Of a stretch of 64,000 bases of DNA, positions 1 through 13,300 are shown in pieces. Made by a program: the position numbers and the translations under genes. This DNA comes from Eledone cirrhosa. Taxonomy: Eukaryota. The stretch covers positions 42,222,001-42,286,000 of the forward strand of contig OZ024740.1 of NCBI GenBank assembly GCA_964016885.1. The letters run 5' to 3'. Below the pieces are notes generated by a model, which searched no databases, was not told where the DNA came from, and worked only from the letters and a program-made list of their open reading frames with translations. Each line of letters starts with the position of its first letter. Position 1 is the stretch's first letter.

Positions 1-2291
1 CAAGTGGTAAATCGCCTGGTTTGGATGGTCTGCCCTATGAACTTTACGTACAGATGCCAGACTTGTTCGGACGCCTTTTGGCGGACGTCTACTGCAACTG
101 GCAACAGAACGGGAGAATTCCCAGCTCTGTGAGCCGAGGAGCGGTGGCACTGCTGAGAAAGGATCCGAACAAGGGGGTTAACATAGATAATTTCAGGCCC
201 ATAACCCTGCTAAACACAGAGTTCAAGATTTTGGCCAAAGTGCTAGCAAAGAGGTTGGCGCTTATCGTTGGTGGTCTGGTGGGAGAGGCGCAGACATGCG
301 CCATTCCCGACAGATCCATCCACGACAACCTCCACCTCATGCGATACATCGCAGAGAGGGTAGCTAGGGAACCTGGAACGGGTGGGTCCTTGATCAATTT
401 AGATCAGTCGAAAGCTTTCGATAGGGTCGACCATCGTTACCTAGCGGCAGTCCTGAGGGCGGCTGGCTTTGTGCCTGTCTTCAGAGGCTGGATCGCTGCC
501 ATGCACAGCGACATATGTTCTGTGGTGAGAGTGAACGGTCACCTTTCGGAACCGTTCAACATCATGCGTTCGGTCCGCCAAGGATGCCCCCTCTCGTCCC
601 TCTTTTACGTATTGACTCTCGAGCCATTACTGCACAAACTGGAGACGTTGAGGAGCGTCCCGCGCGAACTAGGATGCGGAAGATCCGTGTCAGCATATGC
701 GGACGATGTCACCGTAGTGGTGTCGAACGCCAAACACATCCAGGCGATCGGCACTATACTAAGAGAATATAAAGCGGTGACAGGGGCAATGATCAACCAG
801 GAAAAGTCAGTGGGCCTGCAGCTCGGCACCTGGAGAGGCAGGTCCATGCTGTCCAACAGGGTCGTCGGACGCTGGACCGACGGACCGGTTAAATTGCTAG
901 GGGTCTTGTTCGGTCCGGACCTCCAGACGGACAAAAACTGGGACAAGGTGACGAGCAGGGTGGCTTCTCTTACCCAGAAATGGGCGGAGAGGAAGCTATC
1001 CCTGAAAGCTCGAGCGGAGGTGGCTAACGCGTACATCGCGTCTGTCATCTGCTACCGCCTGACCGTCGTACCTTGTCCTAAGCCCCGCCTTACTGCACTG
1101 GAGCGTTTGCTCTTTCGCTTTTTGTGGAAGGGACGCGCTCCGATGGTCAGACGGTCCATCTGTTGTCAACACCCGCTACGCGGAGGGCTGGGCATGCCGT
1201 GGCTGATGATGCCCAGACACGCGCTAAGGCTACGACATCTCCACCTCTTCCTCGACGGTGATCAGGTGTGGTCGCCGTTTGCTAGACACGTATTTCCCCA
1301 GCTCGTTTCCTTGACGGAGCTGCAGTCCTGGGTCAAGCGAAGACCGAGAGGGAGCGCCTGGAGACTCTAATGTCTTCAGTCGCTCACAGCCCTCGACCAA
1401 TCGGGCAATGTGATCGGTGGAAACTCCACCTCGGCGTTCTATAGAGGATTAGTGGAGGGGAAGAGCGACGACGTACTTGGGGAAACTCTAGGCGTCGACG
1501 AAAATCAACTAGCCAATCTCTTCGGAAGAACTTTCGGGTCGGGGCCTATGGACAACTGCCAGAAATCTCTGTCCTGGCAGTGCTACCGAGGAGCCTTGCC
1601 AGTTCGGGATAAACTCTACAGGCATGGAGGTGCCGTTAGCCGGGCATGTCCTAGAAGCGCGCAGAGCGGCGAAACCGTCCTGCACGCACTCGTCCAGTGT
1701 CCGAAAATAGCTGACTTGTGGGTTTATGTCGAACACCTGCTGTCGCGTGTAGGACGGATCCGGCTATCATCTGAGTCCATCGTGAGGATTGCCCCGCCCT
1801 CTTCCTTTATCCCTGAAGGGCAGGCAGTTTTTATCTGTCTGGTGGCCATGGCGAAGGAGATAGTATGGTGGACACGTTTGAAAGGGCTGAAGACGAGCAA
1901 TTACCTCTTCGGTGATGCCCTGATTGACTTTTTCAAATTTCATTTGAAAAGGAAAATCAGAGTAGAGAGGGAAGTGCTCTCTTCCCAGCATTTTGTTGAA
2001 AGATGGGTGAGAGAAGCAAGAATGGCCCGAGTGAATTGGCCTACTCTGAGTATGTATCTGTATATTAAAGGTGGAAAACTGGGAGAGGGCACTTGCCTTG
2101 GTGGTCAGGGTCACTGTGGCCTTTTACTGGGCTTTCTCTACAAATGTCCCTCCGAAGTCTCCCCCCTATTGGGAAATTTTTCATTGTTATTTTTTTGTTA
2201 CATCCTTTGTTTTTGTTTTTTACACGCAGAAATGCCCATTTGTACCGTCCTGTATTGTCCTGCACTGTCCTTAATGTCTACTTTATGTAAA
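1..2291 (+). mobile_element. L1-Tx1 clade non-LTR retrotransposon, 3' part (RT + zinc-finger C-terminus + 3'UTR), one in-frame stop at ~1368
   Basis: ORFs 21-1370 and 1410-2330: NFRPITLLN, DQSKAFDRV, RQGCPLS, YADD, decayed C-terminal finger (CPRS..ETVLHALVQC); clearly similar to ORF2 at 42568-46009. Confidence 0.93.
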
Positions 2292-2292
2292 C

Positions 2293-2362
2293 CCAGTAAT
2301 GCACTGGGTAATTGCTGGCCTTGTGCCTAACGTAGAAACAATTATTATTATTATTATTATTA
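2293..2362 (+). mobile_element. 3' tail fragment of Meta-domain-type tRNA SINE with (ATT)n tail
   Basis: ccagtaatgcactgggtaattgctggccttgtgcctaa..gaaacaattatt matches the 3' end of the copy at 13043-13226. Confidence 0.85.
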
Positions 2363-2402
2363 TAAAAAAGAAAACTTTTTTCGCTCTACATGGCTGAATA
2401 CA

Positions 2403-2963
2403 ATAAGTGTAATTTGAGTTTTTTTAATATTAATAATAACATTCGATTCGTTTGCAATTATGCAAACAAGCCTCAATTTTATAGCCATGTCAGTAGAATG
2501 AACACTTCATTCTTGCTCTTGTGTTGGCATGTGAACAGAACTGAAGACACTAATGTTTCTGAGTATCACCCTTCATCAGTACAGCTCACTGTCCACCTGC
2601 CAAACTGTCAGAGCTAGTGCAAAAATAATGCTATTTTCAAAAATACACAGTGACTGATCGGCCTGATTTGCATATTAGCAGACTGGCTGATCAGTCAGAT
2701 CTGTATATTAGCAGATCCACTGATCAGCCAGATTTGCATATCAGCAGACTGGCCAGTCAGTTTTCTGTATACGAGCGATAAATGGCCGGCTTTGCCTAAG
2801 TCATACCCAGAAACATTAGTGTCTGCAGTTCTGTTCACATGCCAACACAAGAGCAAGAATGAAGGGTTCATTCTACTGACATGGCTATAAAATTGAGGCT
2901 TGTTTGCATAATTGGAAACGAATGGAATGTTATTATTGATATTCGAAAAACTCAGATTACATT

Positions 2964-2966
<3 letters not shown>
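2403..2966. repeat. Fold-back element (diverged inverted arms 2403-2566 / 2802-2966), probable PLE pseudo-LTR remnant
   Basis: Arms are reverse complements with scattered mismatches; contains a hammerhead on minus and two ATTTGCAT motifs in the spacer; abuts (TA)/(TG)n. Confidence 0.8.
2538..2587 (-). ncRNA. Minimal type-I hammerhead ribozyme (family A)
   Basis: Minus: gagctgta CTGATGA a-gggt-gat-actc-a GAAAC attagt GTC ttcagttc; stem I pairs with one mismatch; helix III near-palindromic ACATTAGTGT. Confidence 0.8.
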
Positions 2967-3023
<57 letters not shown>

Positions 3024-3047
3024 CACATATATATATGTGTGTGTGAG

Positions 3048-3365
3048 TAAGGGTTGAATCAGGGTTAACCACAGCAAGTAAGGTACTCAATACATTAGTA
3101 GAGTGTAAACAACAAATTCAATATAGAAATGGTTTCTCTAAGACTAGACCTGTGCCGTTGTCTTAATGAGTATACTTCTAAAAATAGTTTTTTCAAAGCA
3201 TCCTCGTTAAAATCACTTGACCAATGACCTCTACCCATCCTCAAAATCACCACCTTCCAAACCACCAGAAAACATACAAATACCACCTTATAACAATAAA
3301 AGTTAGAGTTCCTGATGATTTCCTTCGAAAGAAACAGTTCTAGTCCTGTAGAAGCCATCTCTATG
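3048..3365. repeat. Short repeat with inverted ends, same family as 20610-20792; probable PLE terminus
   Basis: 3050-3150 aligns by eye with 20617-20712; 3336-3364 is an inverted copy of ~3123-3151. Confidence 0.6.
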
Positions 3366-3523
3366 CTATATATATATATATCACATAAGAAACGGAGAAT
3401 CAGTGGTGTGACGAATAAAATTTATGTGATAATTTACTCTGCTCTGTAAGAACATGGAGTGCTCAAACGGCCTACCACATACGGACGCTCTAAGCATCCC
3501 ACACCAATTTTATATATCTATAT

Positions 3524-3671
3524 CTAACGAAGGAGATGTGGTAAGGAACCAGATGGACCATAACGCACCAGAGTACTCAATAGTTAGGTTAGTAGAGTGG
3601 GTAATAGGAAAATGTTTAATCCCGGCGGCAGAGCTCACGGTTTGAGCTCTGCCGTTGGGGTTAAACATTTT

Positions 3672-3675
<4 letters not shown>
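3524..3675. repeat. Palindromic PLE-end family I (other copies 8288-8491, 13935-14128, 26600-26725, 27617-27677)
   Basis: Shared gagtact..tggtgcgttatggtcca..tggttccttacca..ccttcgtta end joined to (TA)n; palindrome 3604-3675. Confidence 0.8.
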
Positions 3676-3757
<82 letters not shown>

Positions 3758-4141
3758 GCATAATGGTCAGAAGTAATAAAACCTTATTTATCACTAATAA
3801 AAATCACAGGTAAAATATAATATAGTAATAAAACATTGTTTATAATTTGAATTTAGTGGTTTCTTTTTCCAAGACACCTATAAAGATATATATTTAGTGG
3901 CTATAAAGATAGTCAAACAGGAAGAGTCTTTGGTAGTATTCACTATAATATAGTAAAGTATAATTTTCAAAAGACTTTCTATTGTCAGATGAACCGTATT
4001 TTATCACTTCTTTTGACAAATATAGTTTATTAATGCATTATTCTCTATAGTAGCAAAGACATATATACACCTTTTCTCTCTCTCTATAATAAATGTGAAG
4101 ACTAAAATCCAAAGAGGGCTCGATAAGGATAAATATATATC

Positions 4142-4199
<58 letters not shown>

Positions 4200-4201
<2 letters not shown>

Positions 4202-4927
4202 GGATGCGCGCTATCGCTACAGTAACCTTTCTGTCTCATGCATTTATCCCTGGTTTTATTCGGCTGATAAAAATAGCCTCTTTATCCTTAAATTGCCTAT
4301 AATCCTTTCAGTCGCCTCTGTGGTGACCTCAAAGTCTTGGCTGTAGCATCTGTTAAGATGCTTTTTAAGGAACAGGTTTACATTGTCACGTGCTCCTTCA
4401 TCCGCATGTGTAGCCTCCTTATGGCACCTCCGAAGTATGAGGAGCTACATTTTTTTGTACGTGTTCTTATAGACCACATATGCTCTCATGTACACTGTTA
4501 CGTTGTTGACGGGACAATTAGGAAGTGTGTATATATCACTGTATGCGGGTTGGTGTCTGTGGAGCAGTATTCTCAATGAGGGTCCCGAGTGTGCCAGCCG
4601 TATATTCAGTCTCTACCTTCGGATGGTTTGTCTGATGGCAGCTGTAGTTTTCTCATTGAAATGTGGTAACTTTAGGTAGCATATGTTTTCCTTAGGGGCA
4701 CATGCTCTCTGTTCTTTTATGTGCTGCTGCCTTGGTATTTCGGGGTTTGGTGAGAGAAGTAGAGTAGCCGTTTTCGGTGAGAACTCTTTGGAATTCCACT
4801 GTACTGGTATGTCTGTCGCTACCCTCATTGCACCTGTTGCGTATCCATGAGATCTCATCCGAATATAAGCCATTTTGGCTCTGTAGTGAATGGCGGAGTT
4901 GTGGTGTATAAAAATGTTTCTGCGGAT
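4200..4927 (-). mobile_element. Penelope-like element remnant, RT-thumb + GIY-YIG endonuclease, degraded
   Basis: Minus translation across frameshifts: IFIHHNSAIH, YLKLPHF, NCP..VVYK..KKCSSSYFG..RRLHMRMKEH, NLRIKEAIFI..KPGIN; flanked by (CA)n and (TA)n. Confidence 0.8.
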
Positions 4928-4952
4928 ATATATATATATATATATATATTAT

Positions 4953-5753
4953 ATTATGCTGATTGGGAGAGGAAATATATATATTATGCTGATTGGGAGA
5001 GGAAATAATGTATATATTTTATCAAATGATTCTATGGACATACTTTATTGTATATTGCTCTGATTGTGGATTATTTAATTAATTAATTCGTCATTGACCC
5101 ACATCTTGGATGGTAGCCCAAAACACACACACATATATATATATATTTATGACTTTGTCTAGTTTATGTATATGTAAATCTTTATATTTGATAATCTCCC
5201 ATATGGTTGAGATGCAATTTAGGCAGTATTAGGCTGCGCTTTCTAGCAACCAGCCCACTCGCCGTAAGGCACCAATCACATTCTTTCTGACTTGATCACT
5301 GCCATGTCACAATTCTTAGCTATTTTGAATTCGTTTCTGGCGGGGATCATTTAAGAAAAATCTTCGTCCAAGTGAGTTTGTTTCCTGATGATTTCGAAAC
5401 TCGTGAATATCCTGATCGGATATTTCCAAAAAGCGAATGAAACCCGATGGGGTAGAAACATAATTTTGGTATGTTTATATACTTTATTCTTCTAATTTTG
5501 ATTTTATACCTAATTGTGTATGGTTGACGATATATTTAATCGATTTCCACGTGCTATTAGAAATGCTGGGTAAATATTCTATAGCTGTTGATCGCGGATA
5601 GATAGCTGTCGTTTATGTATCTATTATTTCTTCATAGGTGCCTTTTAATCTTATAGCCTTGTTTAATTGTTTTTTTGTGTGGTTGATTATGCTGATTGGG
5701 AGAGGAAATACTGTATATATTTTATCAAATGATTCTATGGACATACTTTATTG

Positions 5754-5760
<7 letters not shown>
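4953..5760 (+). mobile_element. PLE pseudo-LTR-like repeat (family B) with partial upstream duplication of its 3' part
   Basis: attatgctgattgggagaggaaata occurs at 4953, 4983 and 5686; body is similar to 28050-28290 (minus); contains a hammerhead. Confidence 0.7.
5379..5460 (+). ncRNA. Type-I hammerhead ribozyme (family B) with extended stem II
   Basis: tgtttc CTGATGA t-ttcg..gaatatcc-tgatc-ggatattt..cgaa-t GAAAC cc-gatg-gg GTA gaaaca; perfect 6-bp stem I, 4-bp helix III. Confidence 0.88.
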
Positions 5761-5812
<52 letters not shown>

Positions 5813-5961
5813 TATATATATATATATCATATATATATATATATCATATATATATATCTATATCATATATATATCATATATATAATATATATATATATCA
5901 TTTATATAATATATATATATATCATATATATATATATATATATATCGTATATATCTATCAT

Positions 5962-6010
<49 letters not shown>

Positions 6011-6040
6011 TATATATATAATATATATATATAAATATCA

Positions 6041-6456
6041 TACGATATTAATAAATGGAAACTATATTTATAAAACCATATTTATTTCATTATACATATT
6101 TCAGGGATACCAAATTAAATTATGGTATGCATTCATCAAACAAAATACAATATATAACAGTTTTACAAATAATCTTTGACTATCCGGATGGCTTCCAAAA
6201 ATAATGGCTGCATTTTAAAAGGGTACGTCAAAGCTTATTTGTAAAACTGTTATATATTGTATTTTGTCTGATGAAGGCATACCATAATTTAATTTGGTAT
6301 CCCTGAAATATGTATAATGAAATAAATAAGGTTTTATAAATATAGTTTCCATTTATTAATATCGTATATCTACTCCAAATACTTGTCGAGTGCTTTATAT
6401 CAGTTATAAAAATATTTGCTTGTTATATCCCAACAATTTTAAATAGAACTTTTGCA
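6041..6456. repeat. Fold-back PLE-end family C (other copies 14155-14635, 51698-51945, fragment ~29910-29960)
   Basis: Inverted arms ~6041-6180 / 6227-6366, long arm ends gaacttttgc+(AT)n; a hammerhead in each arm. Confidence 0.85.
6260..6324 (+). ncRNA. Minimal hammerhead ribozyme (family C); mirror copy 6083-6147 (minus) has a C3>T core change
   Basis: tattttgt CTGATGA agg(c)atacca-loop-tggtatccct GAAAT atgt ATA atgaaata; 8-bp stem I including G-U pairs. Confidence 0.82.
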
Positions 6457-6470
6457 TATAAATATCATAT

Positions 6471-6539
<69 letters not shown>

Positions 6540-6550
6540 TATATATATAT

Positions 6551-6599
<49 letters not shown>

Positions 6600-7218
6600 C
6601 ATAATCGGAGAAAGCTAATACCGATACTCCGGCCAAATTCCAACTCACTCAACAAACATTAAGAAATACCTGAGTATATTCCTAACTAAACGTTCGGGGT
6701 GCTAACTAATTGTATTGCGTGGAAAATTGGCTGTATCATTTCATACGAGATATAACAAATATATCTCTTCCCAGACGGACGTCTCGTTTCATCATAAGAT
6801 TTCTACAAGTTGGGTGAAATTATACCAATTTATGTTGAAACTTGTATAAGATCAACAGATACTTATTCAAGTGGACTCTTATAATTCTTCAGTGGGTGCC
6901 CAATAATATTAATATTGATAATCAAATCAACATCAATATTTAGCGATAATCACCATCAGTGCTTGAGGTAGCTGCTAGGTTTTTAGCCCAGCAGTTCTAA
7001 AGAAAGTCTCTCACTGTCTCAAAAAAGGAGGAAGGAGATTGCCGCCAAAAAACAATACATGCGCAGGTCAATGAATTCTGAAAAGAATTCAAGCCACGTG
7101 CTATAACTCAATTGGATTTGAAAAAATAACCATATGTTTACATCGCTTGATGACACACATAGATATTTTATATTTATATATCATATAATATATATATATA
7201 TATATATGATATATATAT

Positions 7219-7250
<32 letters not shown>

Positions 7251-7251
<1 letters not shown>

Positions 7252-7410
7252 ATTGTTTCTATTTTAGGCACAAGGCCAGCAACTACCCAGTACATTACTG
7301 GTACTTTATTTTATCGACCACGTAAGGATGAAAGGCAAGGTTAACCTCGGCGGGATTTGAACTCAGATCATAAAGGGACGTAACTCTATGCTACAAAGCA
7401 TGGCGTCCGA
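7251..7410 (-). mobile_element. Meta-domain-type tRNA SINE
   Basis: Reverse complement of gagttcaaatcccgccgaggttaac.ttgcctttcatccttacg.ggtcgataaaataaagtaccag. Confidence 0.9.
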
Positions 7411-7532
7411 TATATATATATAATATATATATATCATATATAATATATATATATCATATATAATATATATATATCATATATATATATTTAAATATATATA
7501 TATATCATATATAATATATATATATCATATAT

Positions 7533-8262
7533 AGTAGAATAATCGAGAATCGGAAAGTCAGCTTACGAATTTACGATAAACAAATACGATATGCGTAGCA
7601 GAGGGCTCAATAATTTGGGTAAATCAGAGCTATAACTATCATTAAAATGCTAACACATAGAGATCATGTCTAAAATCACCCAACAGCCGAAAGAACGACC
7701 AGGAAGATTCGGGTTAACTCAAATAAAATATCAATAAATCAATAAATTAAATGAATATAAAAACTTACCCGGACCCGCTAGAAAGATGTTAAATCTAGCT
7801 TCATGGGTTTCTGCAATTCCTTACTCCGATCACTATCAGCCCACATAAAAAATATATATGAGACTTCTAGAGAAGGGGGGACGGTGGAAAAGCTTCTTCA
7901 ACGGGAAATCCGTCCGATAATGAGAAGGAACCCCGTAGCTAAATACGCACATGGTTTTCAGAATCTTCGGTATTGTGTAAATCTCGTAAAAATACAAAAT
8001 ATCACATATCGAATCAGAGTGCTCGATGGACGTGTTAAAATAAACAAGAGCCATTCATCAGTCAATAAGATCGACATAGAACAAATAAAATTAACTGGTC
8101 AATGGCTAACATCTAGAGCTAAATATAGTAGAATAATCGAGAATCGGAAATTCAGCTTACGAATTTACGATAAACAAATACGATATGCGTAGCAGAGGGC
8201 TCAATAATTTGGGTAAATCAGAGCTATAACTATCGTTAAAATGCTAACACATGGAGATCATA
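7533..8262. repeat. Unclassified element between (TA)n tracts with ~135-bp direct terminal repeats (7533-7668, 8126-8261)
   Basis: agtagaataatcgagaatcggaaa...gctaacacat.gagatcat repeated ~593 bp apart; partial-tandem layout resembles a PLE pseudo-LTR. Confidence 0.6.
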
Positions 8263-8287
8263 TATATATAAATATATATATATATAT

Positions 8288-8491
8288 AGGAACCAGTAAG
8301 ACCCCGACAGCTGAGCTCAAGCCGTTTCGACGGCTAATTCTGGACTAAATTTAGTCCAGAATTAGCCGTCGAAACGGCTTGAGCTCAGCTGTCGGGGTCT
8401 TACTGGTTCCTATTACCCACTCTACTACCTCAAGTATTGAGTACTTTGGTGCGTTATGGTCCACCTGGTTCCTTACCACTTTTCCTTCGTT
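8288..8491. repeat. Family I palindrome (8288-8413) containing the 3' half of a hammerhead
   Basis: Centre ctaaatttag at ~8350; GAAAC ggct-tgagctc-agct GTC at 8371-8393. Confidence 0.8.
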
Positions 8492-8564
8492 ATATATATA
8501 TATATAAATATATATATGTATATATATATATGTGTAAATATATGTATATATATATATATATGTG

Positions 8565-8693
<129 letters not shown>

Positions 8694-8694
8694 G

Positions 8695-8741
<47 letters not shown>

Positions 8742-9195
8742 ATACACAACTAGGCAAGAAGGTTTCCAACTGCCACCAAAAAACATCCAACGCAATATTT
8801 CAACATCTGATAAACAACCCATTTCTTCAACAACGAAATAACATTCAACTCCAGATATTATTTTAAACTCGATGTAACCGTTTTCTAAATTTCACTCATC
8901 GTTTTTAAGCTACACACCTGAAATATAATTTTTCTTTTAATGTAAGTGTTCACTGATGAAATAGTGCTATCGAATGGAATATGTCTATCCAAAAATTTGT
9001 TATTATTAAATTCATACAAATGTTATTGTCTATTTATTGGCAGTTCTCTGTTTTCCTTCAACAGAGTAGAGAGTAATTGGAAAGGAAAGAAAGTATTCTC
9101 TCACCTTTCTTCTCTACATAAAAGTGGACGAACGGAAATGTATTTATCTAAACACTTAACTAAAATATCACAAGATCAACAAATCGATTTCTATA

Positions 9196-9262
<67 letters not shown>

Positions 9263-10276
9263 CTAGACCTGAAAATGCGCAAGCTCAAAAGAGCCACAAA
9301 ATGTTATAATAAACCTTCAAAAGTGTGGGACTAGAGTTGTTGCTCAAAAACATTGTAATCATTATCTATCGTACATTCTGTGGCATCCTTTTATAAAAAA
9401 AGAGACTCATAACGAACCGAAGACGACACGATAATTATTTAAATGAATTTATAATATAGAATTCGGTTTAAGTGCATTTCGTATTAATCATTAATAAACA
9501 TCTAATATGAGATATTGAACATTAGCTTAAACCAACCATGCCTTTCTTTTTACACTATTTCACTTAGTTCATTCTTAGAGTGTAACATATAAAAATATGA
9601 TTTACAACTATAAAATAAATAAATTATTATAATAACAGGGCTTCGGAGCTGAAATTCAGGAAATAATGGAGTATCGGATCCGGAGTTGGAGCCAGTCAAT
9701 TTTTGGCCGACTCCGCAGCCCTGTATAATACATTTCATATTAAAGTTATTAATAAACCTATTTTACACTGCATGCAAATTACCATGAGATCATGATATTA
9801 GATATAAGATACAGCCGAATATCTACATCTGTAAAAGTACGAAAGCGAAGTAATGATAAGTGGCTTAAGGTAATTCCAATATGAAAGTTTGCAGTGATAA
9901 AAATTTGATGATACAATACGATTGTTAATGTTATAGTTCGATGAAAATGTAACAATATATAACTAAATTATTTTAATATTAGTATATTTATAAAATTATC
10001 TTTATAGATTTTATCGTTCATATAAGCATCATATTCATTTTCAACACAATTATTTTGTTACTATGAGTATATGATAATAATATTACGTAATTATTTATAG
10101 CTGTTATTACATTAAACATAGATGTATTTATTGTGATATTTTTATAAAGGATGCCACAGAATGTACGATAGATAATGATTACAATATTTTTGAGCAACAA
10201 CTCTAGTCCCACACTTTTGAAGGTTTATTATAACATTCTGTGGCTCTTTTGGGCTTGCGCATTTTTCAGGTCTAGT
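9263..10276. mobile_element. Non-autonomous DNA transposon (MITE) with ~135-bp terminal inverted repeats
   Basis: ctagacctgaaaatgcgcaag...ggcatccttt at 9263-9397 is the reverse complement of 10141-10276; no clear TSD. Confidence 0.8.
9636..9723. mobile_element. 88-bp hAT-like mini element nested in the MITE
   Basis: TIRs CAGGGCTTCGGAG / CTCCGCAGCCCTG; 8-bp flanks tataataa / tataatac (7/8 match). Confidence 0.75.
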
Positions 10277-10329
10277 TTAATATTTTTTAAGGCAACGCTT
10301 GTAATAACTCTAGTTAAACATGATATATA

Positions 10330-13300
10330 TTAATAATAAATTATCGTTGTAAGAGCACACAGAAAATTGCGTATACCAACGGATCTGGAGAACACACTCT
10401 GCACGTGAATCATCACCACTGCCAACATCTCCTCTGCCTACTACTACTACTACTACTACTACATATTTGCCTACTGCTATCTCAAGGAATTTACCTCCTA
10501 ATACCAGTACAAGAACTCTCCCTCCCACAGCCCACAAAGTTCGTCAAAACGTACTCAAACTATCATCTACACCTCTCACAACACACACATACACACCCAC
10601 TCGAAACCCCATCATTTGCCACTACTCTTATAGAATATGTACGGATAGTGGCTGCATATTCACCCATTTACCTAGGACAAAACGGTCTATCCCCTCAAAC
10701 AACAGCCACCACCATAATACATACTCTAATTTAACACCAACACAAAAAAGGAATCCACAAATCTGCCGCTTTTCCCAGCGAGACAGATTGTGTTTACACC
10801 GGGATTGTCCCTTTACCCATCTCCCGGGGACTCGTCGGACAAATGAAAATAAAAATAAAAATAAAAATAAAAGAAAAAACAAAAACCATAACCTACATAA
10901 AAGTAACCACTACCACAGTCACCAACAGTCCCCTAAACAGGAAACTTCTTCCTCTTTTTTAGCCATATTGAATCTGGCAAAAGAACTGGAAAAAAACATT
11001 CGAGCTATCACCCAGCACCACCCTCCACTATCACCCCACTGCACAAACTCCCATTGCTGCCATTAACAAACAAACAAATTAACAACACACCAAAACAATT
11101 AAAACCATCCACTCTCGCCTCAACATTTTTGCTTAACTCCCAAGGCATCAGCCCTTCCACCAATAGTCAAAAATGGAAGATCAAATTCCTGGAGGACTGG
11201 GTTGATGTCCATCCAAACCACACCCCCTTCTTGGTCCTCACTGAAACCCATCTCAGTAATCTCCACTTGAAAGCCGAGGTGAAAGTGAAAAATTTCAAAG
11301 CCATCCGTGGTGATCGCGCTGGCAGAAGAAAGGGTGAGACTGCCATTTATGTCCATAATTATTTCTCAACAGAGGCTATGAACATATTTTCTAATGGATA
11401 CTGCGAAGCAGTGACTGTATTCAGTCAAACCAACAACCTAATAGTAGTTGGGCTCTATAGGCCACCCCAACGCCTCTACCATGCTTCAAGGAATGCCTCA
11501 ACAGCATAAAGTGTTTCATCCAAGAGTGTCACCCTGACAACATCTTAATGATGGGGGACTTCAACCTCCCCGGAGTTGACTGGTCCACAAACAGCCTGCC
11601 ACCAGGTTCTTCTGCCTCAACCTCTGACAGGGAAGCAGTGGAATCGCTTCTTGACTTCATGGATGATTTCTTCCTGTCCCAACTGGTGCTCGAACCAACG
11701 AGGTGCCACAAAAACGTCCTAGACCTAATTTTCAGCAATCACACTGACACTATCCACAATATTGCAGTGGAGAAAACTCTACTCTCTGATCATGACATGG
11801 CTCTCTGTGATCTGAGATTCCACCGTCCAATATACAAACCTAATGTCATCTCTCCTGTCCATCCGTTTGACGCTATGGATTTCCACAATGCAAACTGGGA
11901 AGCGATCAGTCATGATCTTGCACATGTCGACTGGTCCTTCACGCACACTCACAATACTGCAGAAACTCTGTTTTCAGCAATCCTGATATGGCCGATCTGG
12001 GCTGTATCGGCGATGTTACTCCCCATTACACCTTATCGGACATAACGTTTGGCGCCCCTGATGTCTTAGCGGCAATAAAGGAAATCAAGCATAATTCAGC
12101 AGTAGGTCTCGATAGCTTCTATGCTTGTGTCTTGAAGGCCAACTTGCATCTCCTCTTGCCAATCTGTGGCGGAACTCACTGGATGCTGGAGATATGCCAG
12201 AAAACCTTCTACCCCAGTCTGTTGTCCCAGTTTTCAAAAGAGGAAACAAATCCCATGCCGTGAATTACCATCCAATCTCACTCACCTCTGATCGCGAATG
12301 ACTCACTTCCTTGAGAGTAACAATATGCTGAACTCCAACCAGCATGGATTCCGTAATGGAAGGGATTGCCTGACGCAGCTACTGCATCACTTTGATGACA
12401 TTTTGAGAGCCTTGGGAGAGGGTTCCAACACTGATGTTATCTACCTTGATTTCAGCAAGGCCTTTGACAGGGTTGATCACAACATTCTACTGAGAAAGCT
12501 GTCCAATATTGGTGTCACTGGAAAGCTGCTGCAGTGGATCAAGTGCTTCTTGTCAAACAGAATCCAACATGTTGTAGTCGAAGGAGTCAAATCCAGCCCA
12601 ACCAAAGTCAGTAGTGGGGTCCCACAAGGCACTGTTATGGGCCCACTTCTCTTCATCATCTATATTAATGATATCACTGACATCATCAAACACAGCAACA
12701 TTAGAATTTTCGCTGCTGATTCCAAGCTCCAAAAGGTCATCAACGGCGTGGATGACCGGATAAGCCTTCAGTCAGACCTACTGGCTGTTACACAATGGGA
12801 GGAAAAGAACAACATGTTACTGAACGAAGACAAATTCGAACTGATCCACTTTGGAAAAGAGGATGCTCTGAAACTCCCGTACTCCCTTCCCTCCGGTGAA
12901 ACTCTCGTGGCATCTAACAACATCAGAGACTTGGGAGTAACCGTGGACAGCAACATAAGCTGGGCCACGCATATAAGCAGCAAAGTTGACATGGCCCGCA
13001 GAATGTGTTCCTGGATCCTCAGAACCTTCCAGTCGAGAGATTTGGATTGGCAGTATCGGTAGAGGGTCGGACGCAATGCTTTCCAGCATAGTTACGTCCC
13101 TTTACGATCTGAGTTCAAATCCCGCCGAGGTTGACTTTGCCTTTCATCCTTACGGGGTCGATAAAATAAAGTACCAGTAATGCACTGGGTATTTGCTGGC
13201 CTTGTGCCTAAATTAGAAACAATTATCCTTCTCTTCTCCACTTTTGCCCGACTACACCATGAATACTGTTGTCCACTGTGGTCTCCCCACACGAAACAAA

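Noticed and set aside
3312-3350. CTGATGA-hairpin-GAAAC..GTC at 3312 and 20741 as a hammerhead
   Set aside because: Core and stem II are present but I could not pair stem I; left uncalled pending a family consensus
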